Shown here one piece after another: positions 1 through 9,351 of a DNA stretch of 64,000 bases. How positions within the stretch are numbered: position 1 is the stretch's first letter; each line of letters starts with the position of its first letter. The position numbers and the translations under genes were made by a program. The DNA lies in the IMG/VR virus record IMGVR_UViG_3300031251_000003, positions 64,001-128,000 of that record, one strand, 5' to 3'. Under the pieces are notes generated by a model. The model saw only the letters and a list, made by a program, of their open reading frames with translations. It had not been told where the DNA came from and did not search any database. Source of the stretch: a virus.

Positions 1-30
1 GGATAAAGACAACACTTCCATGGAGATAAA

Positions 31-612
31 ATGGCAACTTTAGTAAAGATTAGAGGACTAGATCGAATTTCACCGTCAACCGACTCCCCGGTATCCAGGG
101 GCTACAGAGGTTTTCGTGTGAAGTCTCAGTTCACTCAGGTTCAGGGTGGAACCAGTATGGTAAAGGCTACTTTGAGCATCACGAACCAGTTAACCGTAAC
201 TGCTCTTACAGCGGGTACTTGGGGTAACAGCGTTACTTTCGCAACGGCTGTTGGTGGTTCTACCCCTGTTGTGGCAACAACATATGCATCAAGTACAGGT
301 CTACCGACCATTACGGTCACGGCTCCTGCAACTGCTACATTAGCAGCTAACACATTGATCGTTAACGCAATTAACACAGACCCGCTTGCATCACAGTTCG
401 TCGTGGCTGCTCTTGTAGGTACTGGTGCTGCTGCTAACGGTTCAACTTCGGCTGCTTTGTCAACCGGTTCCAACGGTTCTAACGGTACTCAGTACCCGAT
501 CTGGATCCGAACGGGACAGAATGCTCCGGTAATTGTAGATATCGATGATCCTCAGAACGTTCGAATTCTTCGACGTAACTACAATCGTTTCATCTCACTA
601 GGCGCAGCCTAA
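31..612 (+). CDS. virion structural/decoration protein (Ala/Thr/Gly-rich)
   Basis: RBS GGAGA; shares a domain with 44465..45076 (TALTAGTWGNSVTF vs SALRSGASGNAISV). Confidence 0.55.
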   Translation: MATLVKIRGLDRISPSTDSPVSRGYRGFRVKSQFTQVQGGTSMVKATLSITNQLTVTALTAGTWGNSVTFATAVGGSTPVVATTYASSTGLPTITVTAPATATLAANTLIVNAINTDPLASQFVVAALVGTGAAANGSTSAALSTGSNGSNGTQYPIWIRTGQNAPVIVDIDDPQNVRILRRNYNRFISLGAA

Positions 613-624
613 GGAATTAAGGAT

Positions 625-657
625 ATCCCTGCTGATCCACAAGTCAGCAGGGATTTA
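625..657 (+). terminator. rho-independent terminator-like hairpin
   Basis: ATCCCTGCTGA-loop-TCAGCAGGGAT followed by TT. Confidence 0.55.
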
Positions 658-680
658 CCTCTCTTCGGGAGTAGATTATA

Positions 681-1283
681 ATGCCTAAACTCAATTACTA
701 TAATACTCATGATCTAATGGTGAAGGAAGCTCATGGTTCACAAACCAAGACCCTGGCTGTTCTTCACGAAACTGTTAGTCCTGATATCGCTGGACTCTCA
801 GATATTACCGGAGTTGAGAACTATCTAGCTTCGATTGGATATGGTATCCATGGTATGACTGATCTAGAAGGTCATATGGCCTGGGCTTATGGATTAGGTA
901 ATGCAATCTTCTGGCAGGCCGGTGGAGTCAATGAGATGTCTATCGGCATCGAGCAAGTGAGTTATATTCCTGCTCAACTTGCAAACAAGAGTATCACGCT
1001 AGCGCAGGCTAAGGCTAGGTGGCAGGCTAGAGATAAGCAACTTCACGCCACGGCTAAGCTACTTGCTTGCTGGCATAACGTATCTCCCACGAATCATCGA
1101 CTTGAATACGTTGATGGTACGGGTACTCACAAGGGCGTCACATCTCATTGGGACGTATCCCAGCATCATCCTGAGTCTGAGGGCCATACGGATTGTTGGC
1201 CTGTACCTCATGGTGGCTACTATCCTATTCTTGAAGTGATCGACTTCGCTAAGACGTACGCGAAGCTGAACTATCACTTCTAG
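681..1283 (+). CDS. N-acetylmuramoyl-L-alanine amidase (endolysin, Amidase_2-like)
   Basis: Motifs VLHET, SIGIE, TSHWDV, HTDC (Zn ligands). Confidence 0.8.
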   Translation: MPKLNYYNTHDLMVKEAHGSQTKTLAVLHETVSPDIAGLSDITGVENYLASIGYGIHGMTDLEGHMAWAYGLGNAIFWQAGGVNEMSIGIEQVSYIPAQLANKSITLAQAKARWQARDKQLHATAKLLACWHNVSPTNHRLEYVDGTGTHKGVTSHWDVSQHHPESEGHTDCWPVPHGGYYPILEVIDFAKTYAKLNYHF

Positions 1284-1358
1284 AGAACATCTAGCAGTCT
1301 CTCCACGGTTTAAAACTATTACAGTTTTGTTTAAATCGGGATCTTCTAGATCGTCTGC

Positions 1359-2117
1359 TTAGACTGGATTAGAGTCGGCCAGAAAGTGCCAGGGAATGTT
1401 GAATTCCTTTGCAACCATCTTGGCCAATGCCTGCACACCAGATCTCTCAGTCTTATCATGACCGAGGGCCAGAACGTTCATCTTTAGATCCCGCGCAAGG
1501 TAGAGTGTCGGTTCAGCAGGCTCACCAGTAACGAAGGTATCAAACCCGTCACGATGAGCCTGCACTACGTAATGAGCCGCACCCCCAGCAATCACAGAAA
1601 TCTTTTTGGCACCGATGTTACCGAAGTTGTAAAGAGTTCCTTCTCTATCACTTAAACCAAGTGCAGTGCTAAGCTTCGCATACAATGACGGAAGGAAGTA
1701 AGGTTCCTTTAGCTCGCCTCCCCAACCGATATCGGCCCAAGGCTTGAGCTTCTTTAGACCTAGCGCCTTAGCAAGAAGAACGTTATTACCAATCTTAGGA
1801 TGGGCATCGAGAGCTAGATGATAACCCAGAAGGGTAATCCCATACTGTTCTAGGAGATCGATGCGGCCACCAACACGTTCATCGAGGATACGAGATTCAT
1901 TGTTCCAGAACATGCCATGGTGAACGATAAGGAGATCAGCGTCAGCAGCAGCGGTTCGCTCAATGATATCTTTCGATACACTGACGGCACAAGCAACCTT
2001 TCTAACTTCATCCTTACCCTGGAACTGTAGACCCATTGGCCCGTAGTCGGGAAAGGAGTGAAGCTTCAAGATATCGTTACAGAATGATGTAATGTTATCT
2101 CTGGGCGTGGCTCGCAT
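1359..2117 (-). CDS. Nif3/YbgI-like dinuclear metal-binding protein
   Basis: DYGPMGLQ, LIVHHG, YHLALDAHP..GNN, FVTGE, GHDKTE; start placed at ATG 2117. Confidence 0.9.
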   Translation of the reverse strand: MRATPRDNITSFCNDILKLHSFPDYGPMGLQFQGKDEVRKVACAVSVSKDIIERTAAADADLLIVHHGMFWNNESRILDERVGGRIDLLEQYGITLLGYHLALDAHPKIGNNVLLAKALGLKKLKPWADIGWGGELKEPYFLPSLYAKLSTALGLSDREGTLYNFGNIGAKKISVIAGGAAHYVVQAHRDGFDTFVTGEPAEPTLYLARDLKMNVLALGHDKTERSGVQALAKMVAKEFNIPWHFLADSNPV

Positions 2118-2124
2118 TCCTGAA

Positions 2125-2307
2125 TCAGCCACGGTCGACCCACTCCTTGTGCCAGCGCTCGACCACTTCGACAAGCGCAGCGGCGCACTCTCCGGTCGCG
2201 GCGATCTGAACGTCAATCACCACGTCCGGGTCGGCATCCGTACCGCGTCCAACAGCCATGCCGAACTCGCCGCCGCTTTCGCGGACGACTGCGAGCAGAC
2301 TCGTCAT
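2125..2307 (-). CDS. hypothetical protein (GC-rich island)
   Basis: Coupled to neighbour by 4-nt overlap. Confidence 0.35.
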   Translation of the reverse strand: MTSLLAVVRESGGEFGMAVGRGTDADPDVVIDVQIAATGECAAALVEVVERWHKEWVDRG

Positions 2308-2612
2308 GCGAACACCCGGATGCCATCGTCGGGCGCTTCGCCCGCGAGAACCTGGCGCTCTGCCTGCGCCTCGCGTTCAAGCCATTCAACCGGGCGACCA
2401 ACGATGTCGCCCACGACAGGACACGGCTTGTAGAAGGTCAGCGCGAAGCTGTAGCCGGGATGCGCCATCGCGGCCTGCTCGCTCGGGAAGCGCTGCGCCT
2501 GCTCAAGATCCCACGTTCCGCAGGGGCCGATGGCCGTCCAGGTCATCAGGTAGCCGATGCGCTCGGGCGCTTTCAAGTCCTGCTGCGCCAGCACGTATTC
2601 GGTGTCAGGCAC
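2304..2612 (-). CDS. hypothetical protein (GC-rich island)
   Basis: Overlap-coupled ORF in leftward operon. Confidence 0.55.
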   Translation of the reverse strand: MPDTEYVLAQQDLKAPERIGYLMTWTAIGPCGTWDLEQAQRFPSEQAAMAHPGYSFALTFYKPCPVVGDIVGRPVEWLEREAQAERQVLAGEAPDDGIRVFA

Positions 2613-2835
2613 GGGACTTCCTCGGTTTCCGTGGCCCGAAGTCGCGCACCCAGCCGGGTCGCGCGCCGAGCCTGACGTAGAACCGGCGCTCGCCGGGATA
2701 GGCGTGGTTCGTGAAGTAGCACCAGTGGGTCAGGTTCACCGCGAACTCGTTGCCGTGCCGCGAAAAGCGCCAGAGCGTCAGCCCTCTCACGAACGCGAAC
2801 AGCGACTCTCCGGGCGTGGTTGGCAGACGGTTCAT
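2605..2835 (-). CDS. hypothetical protein (GC-rich island)
   Basis: ATGA overlap with upstream gene. Confidence 0.5.
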   Translation of the reverse strand: MNRLPTTPGESLFAFVRGLTLWRFSRHGNEFAVNLTHWCYFTNHAYPGERRFYVRLGARPGWVRDFGPRKPRKSRA

Positions 2836-3350
2836 CTGTCCATCCTGATCTCGTAGCGGTGACCCTCGTAATGCCCCTCGTCAAGCAGGCAACGCTCACC
2901 CTCAACACTGGCTGGGCATCGAGCAGGAAGCACCTGCTCTGTCGCTTGCTTTGATTCAAACGTATTACTGATCTGTTCTCGCCAGTCCTCCCCAAAGAGT
3001 TCTTCAATAGAGAGAATGAGATCGTGAAGATCCCACGCCTCATCGATTAGCCTCAAGATACGACCATTCGCATCGGCCCAATCCTGTAGAGACTGATTAC
3101 GAATCTCTCTACTAGTTCGTTCAACATCCTTAGCCTCAACAATAGCCACGAGAGAACGAGCATTCTTGACCTTAGATATCGGATTACTGTGATTCGCATG
3201 AGTCTCTCGTTTGATATGAAAGGTTCCGCCTTGTACTTTGGTAATTGTACCAATAGCGAGATCCCCAGAGTAGTTGAACGCTACACGAACACCCTCAACT
3301 AACTGTCTACCACGAATATCAATCATAGTCTGCACAATCATAGTCTTCAT
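2832..3350 (-). CDS. hypothetical protein
   Basis: 172-aa ORF, operon-coupled. Confidence 0.65.
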   Translation of the reverse strand: MKTMIVQTMIDIRGRQLVEGVRVAFNYSGDLAIGTITKVQGGTFHIKRETHANHSNPISKVKNARSLVAIVEAKDVERTSREIRNQSLQDWADANGRILRLIDEAWDLHDLILSIEELFGEDWREQISNTFESKQATEQVLPARCPASVEGERCLLDEGHYEGHRYEIRMDR

Positions 3351-3567
3351 CTTTCTTGATTTGGAAAGCTACCTCATCGGGCCAGAGATCGACAAAGACC
3401 TGTAAGAGTCGCTCTTTTCTCATCCTAACCCAGGCACTTTCTTTGCCATCGACATATAGTTGAATCTTTACCATATCTGCTTCACCCTCATCCATAACTG
3501 AGAAGAAATCTAAAGTGTTCTCAGGAAGCTTTTTAAGGATAATCTGTCGTTTGACTATATTAGCCAC
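3319..3567 (-). CDS. hypothetical protein, paralog of 39241..39522
   Basis: Shared LWPDEVAFQ motif. Confidence 0.7.
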   Translation of the reverse strand: MANIVKRQIILKKLPENTLDFFSVMDEGEADMVKIQLYVDGKESAWVRMRKERLLQVFVDLWPDEVAFQIKKDEDYDCADYD

Positions 3568-3928
3568 GGCCCTTTACCTCAGGATGGTGCCAGCAGTTAT
3601 AGGCGTCAGGGGAATTACATCTCGTACAGCGAAGAATGTGACGAGTTTGATTATTCCTCCGAGGACGAGTCAGGAAGGTAGCGGATCCACCCTTGCTTAG
3701 GTAAAACTCGTGAGGGCCAGGAACACGCTTCTCTCCGGTATACTCAAATCCTGAAGGGGCATCGTTGAAGTCAGTGAATCCGTCTTCAACCGGGCGCTCA
3801 ATTACGCGGTCACCTTTACCGTCGTTGTATCCCATCTCGTAATGAGACTCGGTAACCAGTGAAGCGTTAGCTGCCTTTCCTTCCTTGCCATCCTCATATC
3901 CAAGGTTATAGAGATCATCCGGGTTCAT
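3560..3928 (-). CDS. hypothetical protein
   Basis: Operon-coupled; repeated GY(E/N)DGK; CxxC. Confidence 0.65.
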   Translation of the reverse strand: MNPDDLYNLGYEDGKEGKAANASLVTESHYEMGYNDGKGDRVIERPVEDGFTDFNDAPSGFEYTGEKRVPGPHEFYLSKGGSATFLTRPRRNNQTRHILRCTRCNSPDAYNCWHHPEVKGRG

Positions 3929-4146
3929 TACTTATCCTTCCTATGGAAAGGCCCAAAGGTGACCAGAATAGCCAAGGGGACATAGACCAGAGCAACAACA
4001 CAAGCCACACTCCCAGCGGTCACCATGGAGCTATCTTTGGTAAAAACCATGATGGCGATTCCCACGATAGCGGCCCCGACAATTGGCAGTACATCTCTCT
4101 TCCAAGAGCCTGCCTCACCCCAGATTTTCCATGCTGTAAAGTTCAT
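3928..4146 (-). CDS. small membrane protein
   Basis: Two hydrophobic segments; RBS. Confidence 0.6.
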   Translation of the reverse strand: MNFTAWKIWGEAGSWKRDVLPIVGAAIVGIAIMVFTKDSSMVTAGSVACVVALVYVPLAILVTFGPFHRKDK

Positions 4147-4156
4147 CTCATCCTTT

Positions 4157-4339
4157 CTAGAAAAGTCTTACGGCTTCCATTATACCAATAATGGGCCAAA
4201 GAATCAAGTTAATTGTGACTGTTGTTGCGATGAATAGATGGACGAGAAACGGAACACTGAAACTGAATGTACAGGTACCTCCACCCACGACAGGGAACTT
4301 GAAACCAAACAGTGGAGATCCCTTAAATAGATCTCTCAT
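4157..4339 (-). CDS. small membrane protein
   Basis: Hydrophobic C-terminus. Confidence 0.45.
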   Translation of the reverse strand: MRDLFKGSPLFGFKFPVVGGGTCTFSFSVPFLVHLFIATTVTINLILWPIIGIMEAVRLF

Positions 4340-4496
4340 TGGTCAAACACCACTGCTGCTACTACAGTTGAAATGAAAACCAATGCCACGAGCGTCAGCG
4401 TGAGAACGATATAAACGTTCACATCGTTTGCTGCACAAACCACGGCTGCTAGGCATGGTAACCACACCAGACCCGAGATAGACAACCATGCCGTTC

Positions 4497-4694
4497 TCAC
4501 TTACTTACCGCCTTATCTAGCTGATCGATTAGATCACCACAGAACTTGATCCTATCAGTAATTACCTGACCGCCACCTTCACGGCCACTTGAAGCGTTGA
4601 TACGATAGAGGTTAAGTGTGTGTGACAACTCCTTAGCCTCTTCCTCGGTCAGCAATACTTGAACCGCTGCGATGGTTGCCTTACCAGCTAGCAT
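4497..4694 (-). CDS. hypothetical protein
   Basis: RBS GGAG; operon-coupled. Confidence 0.55.
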   Translation of the reverse strand: MLAGKATIAAVQVLLTEEEAKELSHTLNLYRINASSGREGGGQVITDRIKFCGDLIDQLDKAVSK

Positions 4695-4697
4695 TTC

Positions 4698-4904
4698 TTA
4701 CTCCTTCCCAAGTTGATGAATGGTCATTGTCAGTTCAAGCGGGATTGGCTTGTGGTATGCTTCTAGCAAAATACCCAAGGCATCTACAACTTCGTCCCAA
4801 TTGGGTCTAACTTCATGAGGTTCCAGACCCCATTCCTTTTCCATGCTCGGAGGACTTCCGTGAATTGCTCGTGCATAAACCTGTGTTGCATCTGCGATAG
4901 TCAT
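4698..4904 (-). CDS. hypothetical protein
   Basis: Stop/start overlap, RBS GGAGG. Confidence 0.6.
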   Translation of the reverse strand: MTIADATQVYARAIHGSPPSMEKEWGLEPHEVRPNWDEVVDALGILLEAYHKPIPLELTMTIHQLGKE

Positions 4905-5797
4905 CAGTCTTCCTCCTTTGCATTCATGCGGGACGCAAGCTCCTTGGCAAGCTCATCAACGAGCCGGACGTACTTGTGAAGAGCCTTGAGATCTCCACCC
5001 GACCAAGAGGCCAGATAGGGAACCGATGCCTCACTGACATCGAAACCGACCAGACCCAGAGCCATGACGGTAGCCGACTCCACGATAACCTCTGCCTCTT
5101 CGCGGCTGTAATCGGTGTAGTTGACATTGCCGTAGGCATGAGCAAGCTCGTGAACCAGGGTACGGACGATACCGTTACCACTCAGGTTCTTGTTGATGAT
5201 GATCTTCCACATGCGATCATCGACCCAACCATGAGCGTCGTTGGTATCCTCGCGGTACTCGACACTGTAGCCAAGAAGACGAGCGAAGTGCTCAAGCGGG
5301 CCGATCTTATCGCTCAGATCCTCGCCCTCAAGCTCGACCATGGGGTTGACCGTAACCTCAGGAGCATCGGTGTCGGAGACATCGAAACCACTGACGATGC
5401 GGAAGAACATGCGGCGCTGGGGATTCCCGTTCTTGTCGAGAACCTCGTTGCCGTTGGCATCCTTGTAAACGTAGAAACCGGCAGGAGCGAAGTAACGAAG
5501 CGGCTTCGCGTCAGCATTGACGGTGACCTTCTTCTTCTCCCACTGCTTCTTGCCCCAGACGACCGTGGCATCGCGCTTTTGCGACCAGATCATCAGAGCG
5601 TTGTTGAGAGTAAGACGACTCAGATTGGCCCGACCGAACTTGACGAAGTTCTCCCAAGCCTCCGAAGAAATGAGTTCCGCAACAGCGTTCTCGATCAACT
5701 GCTTCTGCTCCGAGAGGCGCTCTTCCTTCCAGGCAGCCTTCTCTTCGGCGGTGTAGTTGACCTTCTTGACCTTACCCTTCTTCGTTGCGACGGCCAT
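4904..5797 (-). CDS. ArdC-like ssDNA-binding antirestriction protein with HExxH metallopeptidase domain
   Basis: NNALMIWSQ..AT..GKKQW, FDVSDT, TLVHELAH, EVIVES, SVPYLASW. Confidence 0.8.
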   Translation of the reverse strand: MAVATKKGKVKKVNYTAEEKAAWKEERLSEQKQLIENAVAELISSEAWENFVKFGRANLSRLTLNNALMIWSQKRDATVVWGKKQWEKKKVTVNADAKPLRYFAPAGFYVYKDANGNEVLDKNGNPQRRMFFRIVSGFDVSDTDAPEVTVNPMVELEGEDLSDKIGPLEHFARLLGYSVEYREDTNDAHGWVDDRMWKIIINKNLSGNGIVRTLVHELAHAYGNVNYTDYSREEAEVIVESATVMALGLVGFDVSEASVPYLASWSGGDLKALHKYVRLVDELAKELASRMNAKEED

Positions 5798-5826
5798 TTG
5801 AAATCCTTTCATTCGCTTGTCGAAGT

Positions 5827-5855
5827 ATTATATCACTTCTACGTAACGATGTCAA
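5827..5855 (-). promoter_or_regulatory. sigma70-type promoter
   Basis: TTGACA-17-TATAAT. Confidence 0.8.
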
Positions 5856-6043
5856 ATATTTGTGTCGTTTGGCGGAATCCTATATGTTCCGACTACCAGG
5901 GCAGAAGAAACATACCAGACCCGACTTCCAGGTGACCATGCGGCCCGCTGAAGCGCCAGTTGGTTTTCCTTATAGGCTGCGACGTAACAACCGTCTACTT
6001 CAACGGCGTACCATCCATCTGTGAGTCCTGCTCTTCCAGTCAT
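5852..6043 (-). CDS. hypothetical protein (leaderless)
   Basis: ATG 6 nt downstream of -10 box. Confidence 0.5.
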   Translation of the reverse strand: MTGRAGLTDGWYAVEVDGCYVAAYKENQLALQRAAWSPGSRVWYVSSALVVGTYRIPPNDTNI

Positions 6044-6049
6044 ATTCAT

Positions 6050-6078
6050 AGTATATCAGGCTCGATAATAGATGTCAA
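6050..6078 (-). promoter_or_regulatory. sigma70-type promoter
   Basis: TTGACA-17-TATACT. Confidence 0.8.
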
Positions 6079-6335
6079 GCCAAATAACCTTTTGATTCAA
6101 GAAAATTACGGAATAGAGTTAGCGCACCTTCCACTTCATCTGGCTCTACATCAGTCCCGAATCCCTCGCCAATTGTATCGTCTCCTAGATAATCTAAGAT
6201 CCCTACATTATGTTCAAAGAAATAAACAAAAGCCTCAAAATCGTCGGCTTCGCAGAGATCATCAAAAGAGATCTTAAGAGGGAAGATCGTGTAGTCCTCA
6301 TCTTCACCATACCACAAGATCAATTTGTTATTCAC
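6075..6335 (-). CDS. acidic hypothetical protein
   Basis: Operon-coupled; D/E-rich. Confidence 0.6.
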   Translation of the reverse strand: MNNKLILWYGEDEDYTIFPLKISFDDLCEADDFEAFVYFFEHNVGILDYLGDDTIGEGFGTDVEPDEVEGALTLFRNFLESKGYLA

Positions 6336-7333
6336 ATCATCATCCTGTTCTTGTCAATAGAACCTACCCGCCAGTGTGTGCGATTTGTTACATGATCGGC
6401 ACGGACATACTTGGCGACTGACTTCTGGAAGTCAGATAGAATAAAGGATCCAGACTTGCGAACAACGTAACCCTCACGGTCATCATCCTGCCAGGTCTGG
6501 AAGAACTCATCTAGATCTCCGAATCGAGTATGGGCAATTACTGGAACAGGAGTGATCCCAAGGATATCAAAGTTCTCTAGCGTTTCATCCCAACTCAGGC
6601 ATACGTTATCCTGCCAGATTCCAAATCCATAGAAGTATGATTTTAGATTATCATACTTGATCGAATGAGTCGCGGCCATATTCTCACCCACGATTCGCAT
6701 CCCTGTTGGAATCTGATAGGAAATGCTATTAGCCCAGAAGTTCTTGACCCATGTTCTAGACCAGTGATAACCACCTTCAAGAGATCGGGCATGGATATGA
6801 TCCGCGTACATGGTTGTATTCTCACCGTCAAGTTTCTCGGTAACAACTACGATTTCTTCAGGATCGAACGGAGCATCGGGGAGAACCATATCATCCTTGG
6901 AACGTCCAAGACTCCAAGGAAGATGCGGAGTACGAGGATACTTGACGTATTGGTGAAACTTACCCAGATAGGGCGCTATGATCTTCTGCACCGATTCATC
7001 ATAGAAGAGCGGGCCTCGCATACGATGACCATCAGGGAGGATGATATTCCCCCACTTATCGTATTCATGGTCGTCTTCAAGAGTATCGGGCAGAGTCACC
7101 TTATGGATACCGGCGAGCTTACGTAACTCGGTAGCCGATAGCTCAGTACTCTCAGCCTGAAGATGATGAACAGAACAAAGACTTACGCCATTGTCCAAAT
7201 GATACCCACCATCGGGCCAGAGCCGACGTTCAATCAGATGATGAGCATCGACGGCAGGAGCAAAGCACTTCACGCAGAGGAAGTTATCTCGCTCGAAAAC
7301 TGCTTCTCTGAACTCATCCCGTGTCATAACCAT
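6332..7333 (-). CDS. HNH-like domain fused to ATP-dependent RNA ligase
   Basis: N-term VFERDNFLCVKC..DAHH..NGVSLC..HH; ligase KYPRTPHLPWS, TEKLDGEN, EGYVVR, AKYVR. Confidence 0.85.
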   Translation of the reverse strand: MVMTRDEFREAVFERDNFLCVKCFAPAVDAHHLIERRLWPDGGYHLDNGVSLCSVHHLQAESTELSATELRKLAGIHKVTLPDTLEDDHEYDKWGNIILPDGHRMRGPLFYDESVQKIIAPYLGKFHQYVKYPRTPHLPWSLGRSKDDMVLPDAPFDPEEIVVVTEKLDGENTTMYADHIHARSLEGGYHWSRTWVKNFWANSISYQIPTGMRIVGENMAATHSIKYDNLKSYFYGFGIWQDNVCLSWDETLENFDILGITPVPVIAHTRFGDLDEFFQTWQDDDREGYVVRKSGSFILSDFQKSVAKYVRADHVTNRTHWRVGSIDKNRMMM

Positions 7334-7335
7334 CC

Positions 7336-7364
7336 ATTATAACACATCAAGAGTGATGTGTAAA
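7336..7364 (-). promoter_or_regulatory. sigma70-type promoter
   Basis: TTTACA-17-TATAAT. Confidence 0.7.
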
Positions 7365-7369
7365 GTGGT

Positions 7370-7585
7370 TTATTCGGCTTTATCGATCAGAACTGATGCG
7401 TTAAGTTTATTCAACTTCTTTGCCCTACGTGTCCAGAGCTTGAAGGAGAGACGAGCCATCCACCAAGTCATAAAAGTCTTATCTCTAACGATATTCATAT
7501 TGAAATCGGAACACTTATCGTCTCGAACCATAGTGACTCGCCACTTGAACGATCCAGTCTCACAATGAATCTGTGTTCTATACAT
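7370..7585 (-). CDS. hypothetical protein
   Basis: Directly follows ligase stop. Confidence 0.5.
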   Translation of the reverse strand: MYRTQIHCETGSFKWRVTMVRDDKCSDFNMNIVRDKTFMTWWMARLSFKLWTRRAKKLNKLNASVLIDKAE

Positions 7586-7587
7586 GA

Positions 7588-8763
7588 TTAGACATCTTCT
7601 CTGATTCTAAGACCTACGGGGAATCGCGGGACTCCACCGTTCGTCATCCCCTGGAACTGTACGGTAAGCTTCTTACCTTCCCAGGTGGAATGATCCACAA
7701 GGTACTTCTTTAGATCATCCAGAGCGCCCTTCATCTTGACCTGGAAGGTTTCTCCATTCTCGGCTTCGCAGACGAAGAGTGCCTTGTCATCCATCTTCCC
7801 CTTACCAGCTACGACACCCTTGATTGGGAACTCGGCATCATCGAACTTCTTCACCTTCTGAAGACTATCGGTACGCTTGCCAACGTAATGACCATTGGCA
7901 CTACGAATCATGATACCCTCATACCCCAACTTGATAAATTCATCAAGAAGCCAGGGGAGAGTCTCACGGTCACCAATAGATTCGGTCATAACCGAGACAA
8001 TCGTATTCTGGGTTCCATTAGCCTCAGAACGTGTCTCAAGCTCTGAGAGTACAGGAACACGATCCTTAAAGGGGGCGTCCACCACAACGTCGTAGACCCA
8101 ATACTGGACTACCTCATAACCAGGCTGAGGAACGGTCTGACGAATCTTGCTAGTCAGTTCCTCGAACCGATCCTTGTAGGCGTGGTTATAAAGCTCACCA
8201 TCGAGGGTGATATCGACATCAGGATACAGGCGCTCCAAGGCGTCCACGATATGCGGCATCGAAGTGATGCGCTTCCTCGTGCGCGACCAGAGTGTGCAGC
8301 CACCATCCTTAACGATAGCGATACAACGATGACCATCGAGCTTCGGCTGAATGTATGCGGGGAACTGCATCTTGTGACCATCTTTCTCGAAGGTCTTGGC
8401 CAGCATGGGATTGACGCCGCCCTCGATCAGGGAATCGACTGTACCGGCCTGTGCGTCATCGATAGACTCCACGTAGCCTTTCTTCTTCTTCTGTTCCCAC
8501 TGACTCTTAGCCTCAAGCTCAGCCTGTTCCAGGGCGGTTGTGGAGTTAGCCTTACCCAGGTTCTTACCTTCTTTGATAAGCTCCTTGGCAGTCTGCGGCT
8601 TGCCATTCTGCAAACCATAGACGGTAATAATCTGACCATAAGTGAATGGGATACCGTCACCCCCACCACCGTAATAGATCCGATGCTTAAAGGGTTCAAC
8701 TGAAATATCCCACATCTGGATCTTCCCTGTTGAAGTCTTCTTGTAAAGAGTCGGTAGATTCAT
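7588..8763 (-). CDS. ATP-dependent DNA ligase
   Basis: QPKLDGHRC, LDGELY, YDVV, EGIMIR, QKVKK, PRFP. Confidence 0.92.
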   Translation of the reverse strand: MNLPTLYKKTSTGKIQMWDISVEPFKHRIYYGGGGDGIPFTYGQIITVYGLQNGKPQTAKELIKEGKNLGKANSTTALEQAELEAKSQWEQKKKKGYVESIDDAQAGTVDSLIEGGVNPMLAKTFEKDGHKMQFPAYIQPKLDGHRCIAIVKDGGCTLWSRTRKRITSMPHIVDALERLYPDVDITLDGELYNHAYKDRFEELTSKIRQTVPQPGYEVVQYWVYDVVVDAPFKDRVPVLSELETRSEANGTQNTIVSVMTESIGDRETLPWLLDEFIKLGYEGIMIRSANGHYVGKRTDSLQKVKKFDDAEFPIKGVVAGKGKMDDKALFVCEAENGETFQVKMKGALDDLKKYLVDHSTWEGKKLTVQFQGMTNGGVPRFPVGLRIREDV

Positions 8764-8999
8764 GACTTGCTCTGCTCCAATATCCCGTAGTGGTTGTTCA
8801 TGACCAACGAAGTTCTCTTGGTGATAAGAGAAAGCTCAATGATGTGCTTTCTCTCGTCCACTCCACGACTGGCCACTTCTTCGCCCTCGTTGTTAACCTC
8901 GATCCCACTCAAACACTTAGTACCCATGAACTCGACTTCATGAGAATCACGGAGGATCACAGTCTTGTTATCGAAGCGAATACGTTCATACTTGACCAT
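8760..8999 (-). CDS. hypothetical protein (leaderless)
   Basis: ATG 6 nt from -10; ATGA overlap. Confidence 0.65.
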   Translation of the reverse strand: MVKYERIRFDNKTVILRDSHEVEFMGTKCLSGIEVNNEGEEVASRGVDERKHIIELSLITKRTSLVMNNHYGILEQSKS

Positions 9000-9005
9000 A
9001 TGTAT

Positions 9006-9034
9006 AGTATATCACGTCAGAGTGTTCGTGTCAA
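9006..9034 (-). promoter_or_regulatory. sigma70-type promoter
   Basis: TTGACA-17-TATACT. Confidence 0.8.
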
Positions 9035-9045
9035 CTTGTCCTAAA

Positions 9046-9351
9046 TCAAGAATGCAAGGCTGCGTCACAAGGCGTACCGGGCGCTGTATGACAGATAGGA
9101 CAAGCCATCTCATGGTACGCCTTTACGATATCTACCTTGAGGTTTTCAATTACGTCGAAATTCTTGTCACGGGTTCGGTGAACCCAACGACCATCGGGAT
9201 GTCCACGCCAGAACTTCTCGACATCAGTAGATTCTAGCAGGACTTCGGTAGAAGTAACACGAATAACCACCCATGGATTACCGTATCGACGGATACGATT
9301 CTTCCCATGGAGAGTCTTCCCTTGAAGGGTTATGGTGTCTCCGGGTTTCAA
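9046..9351 (-). CDS. hypothetical protein
   Basis: Operon-coupled; C-terminal CPICH..C..H. Confidence 0.65.
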   Translation of the reverse strand: MKPGDTITLQGKTLHGKNRIRRYGNPWVVIRVTSTEVLLESTDVEKFWRGHPDGRWVHRTRDKNFDVIENLKVDIVKAYHEMACPICHTAPGTPCDAALHS

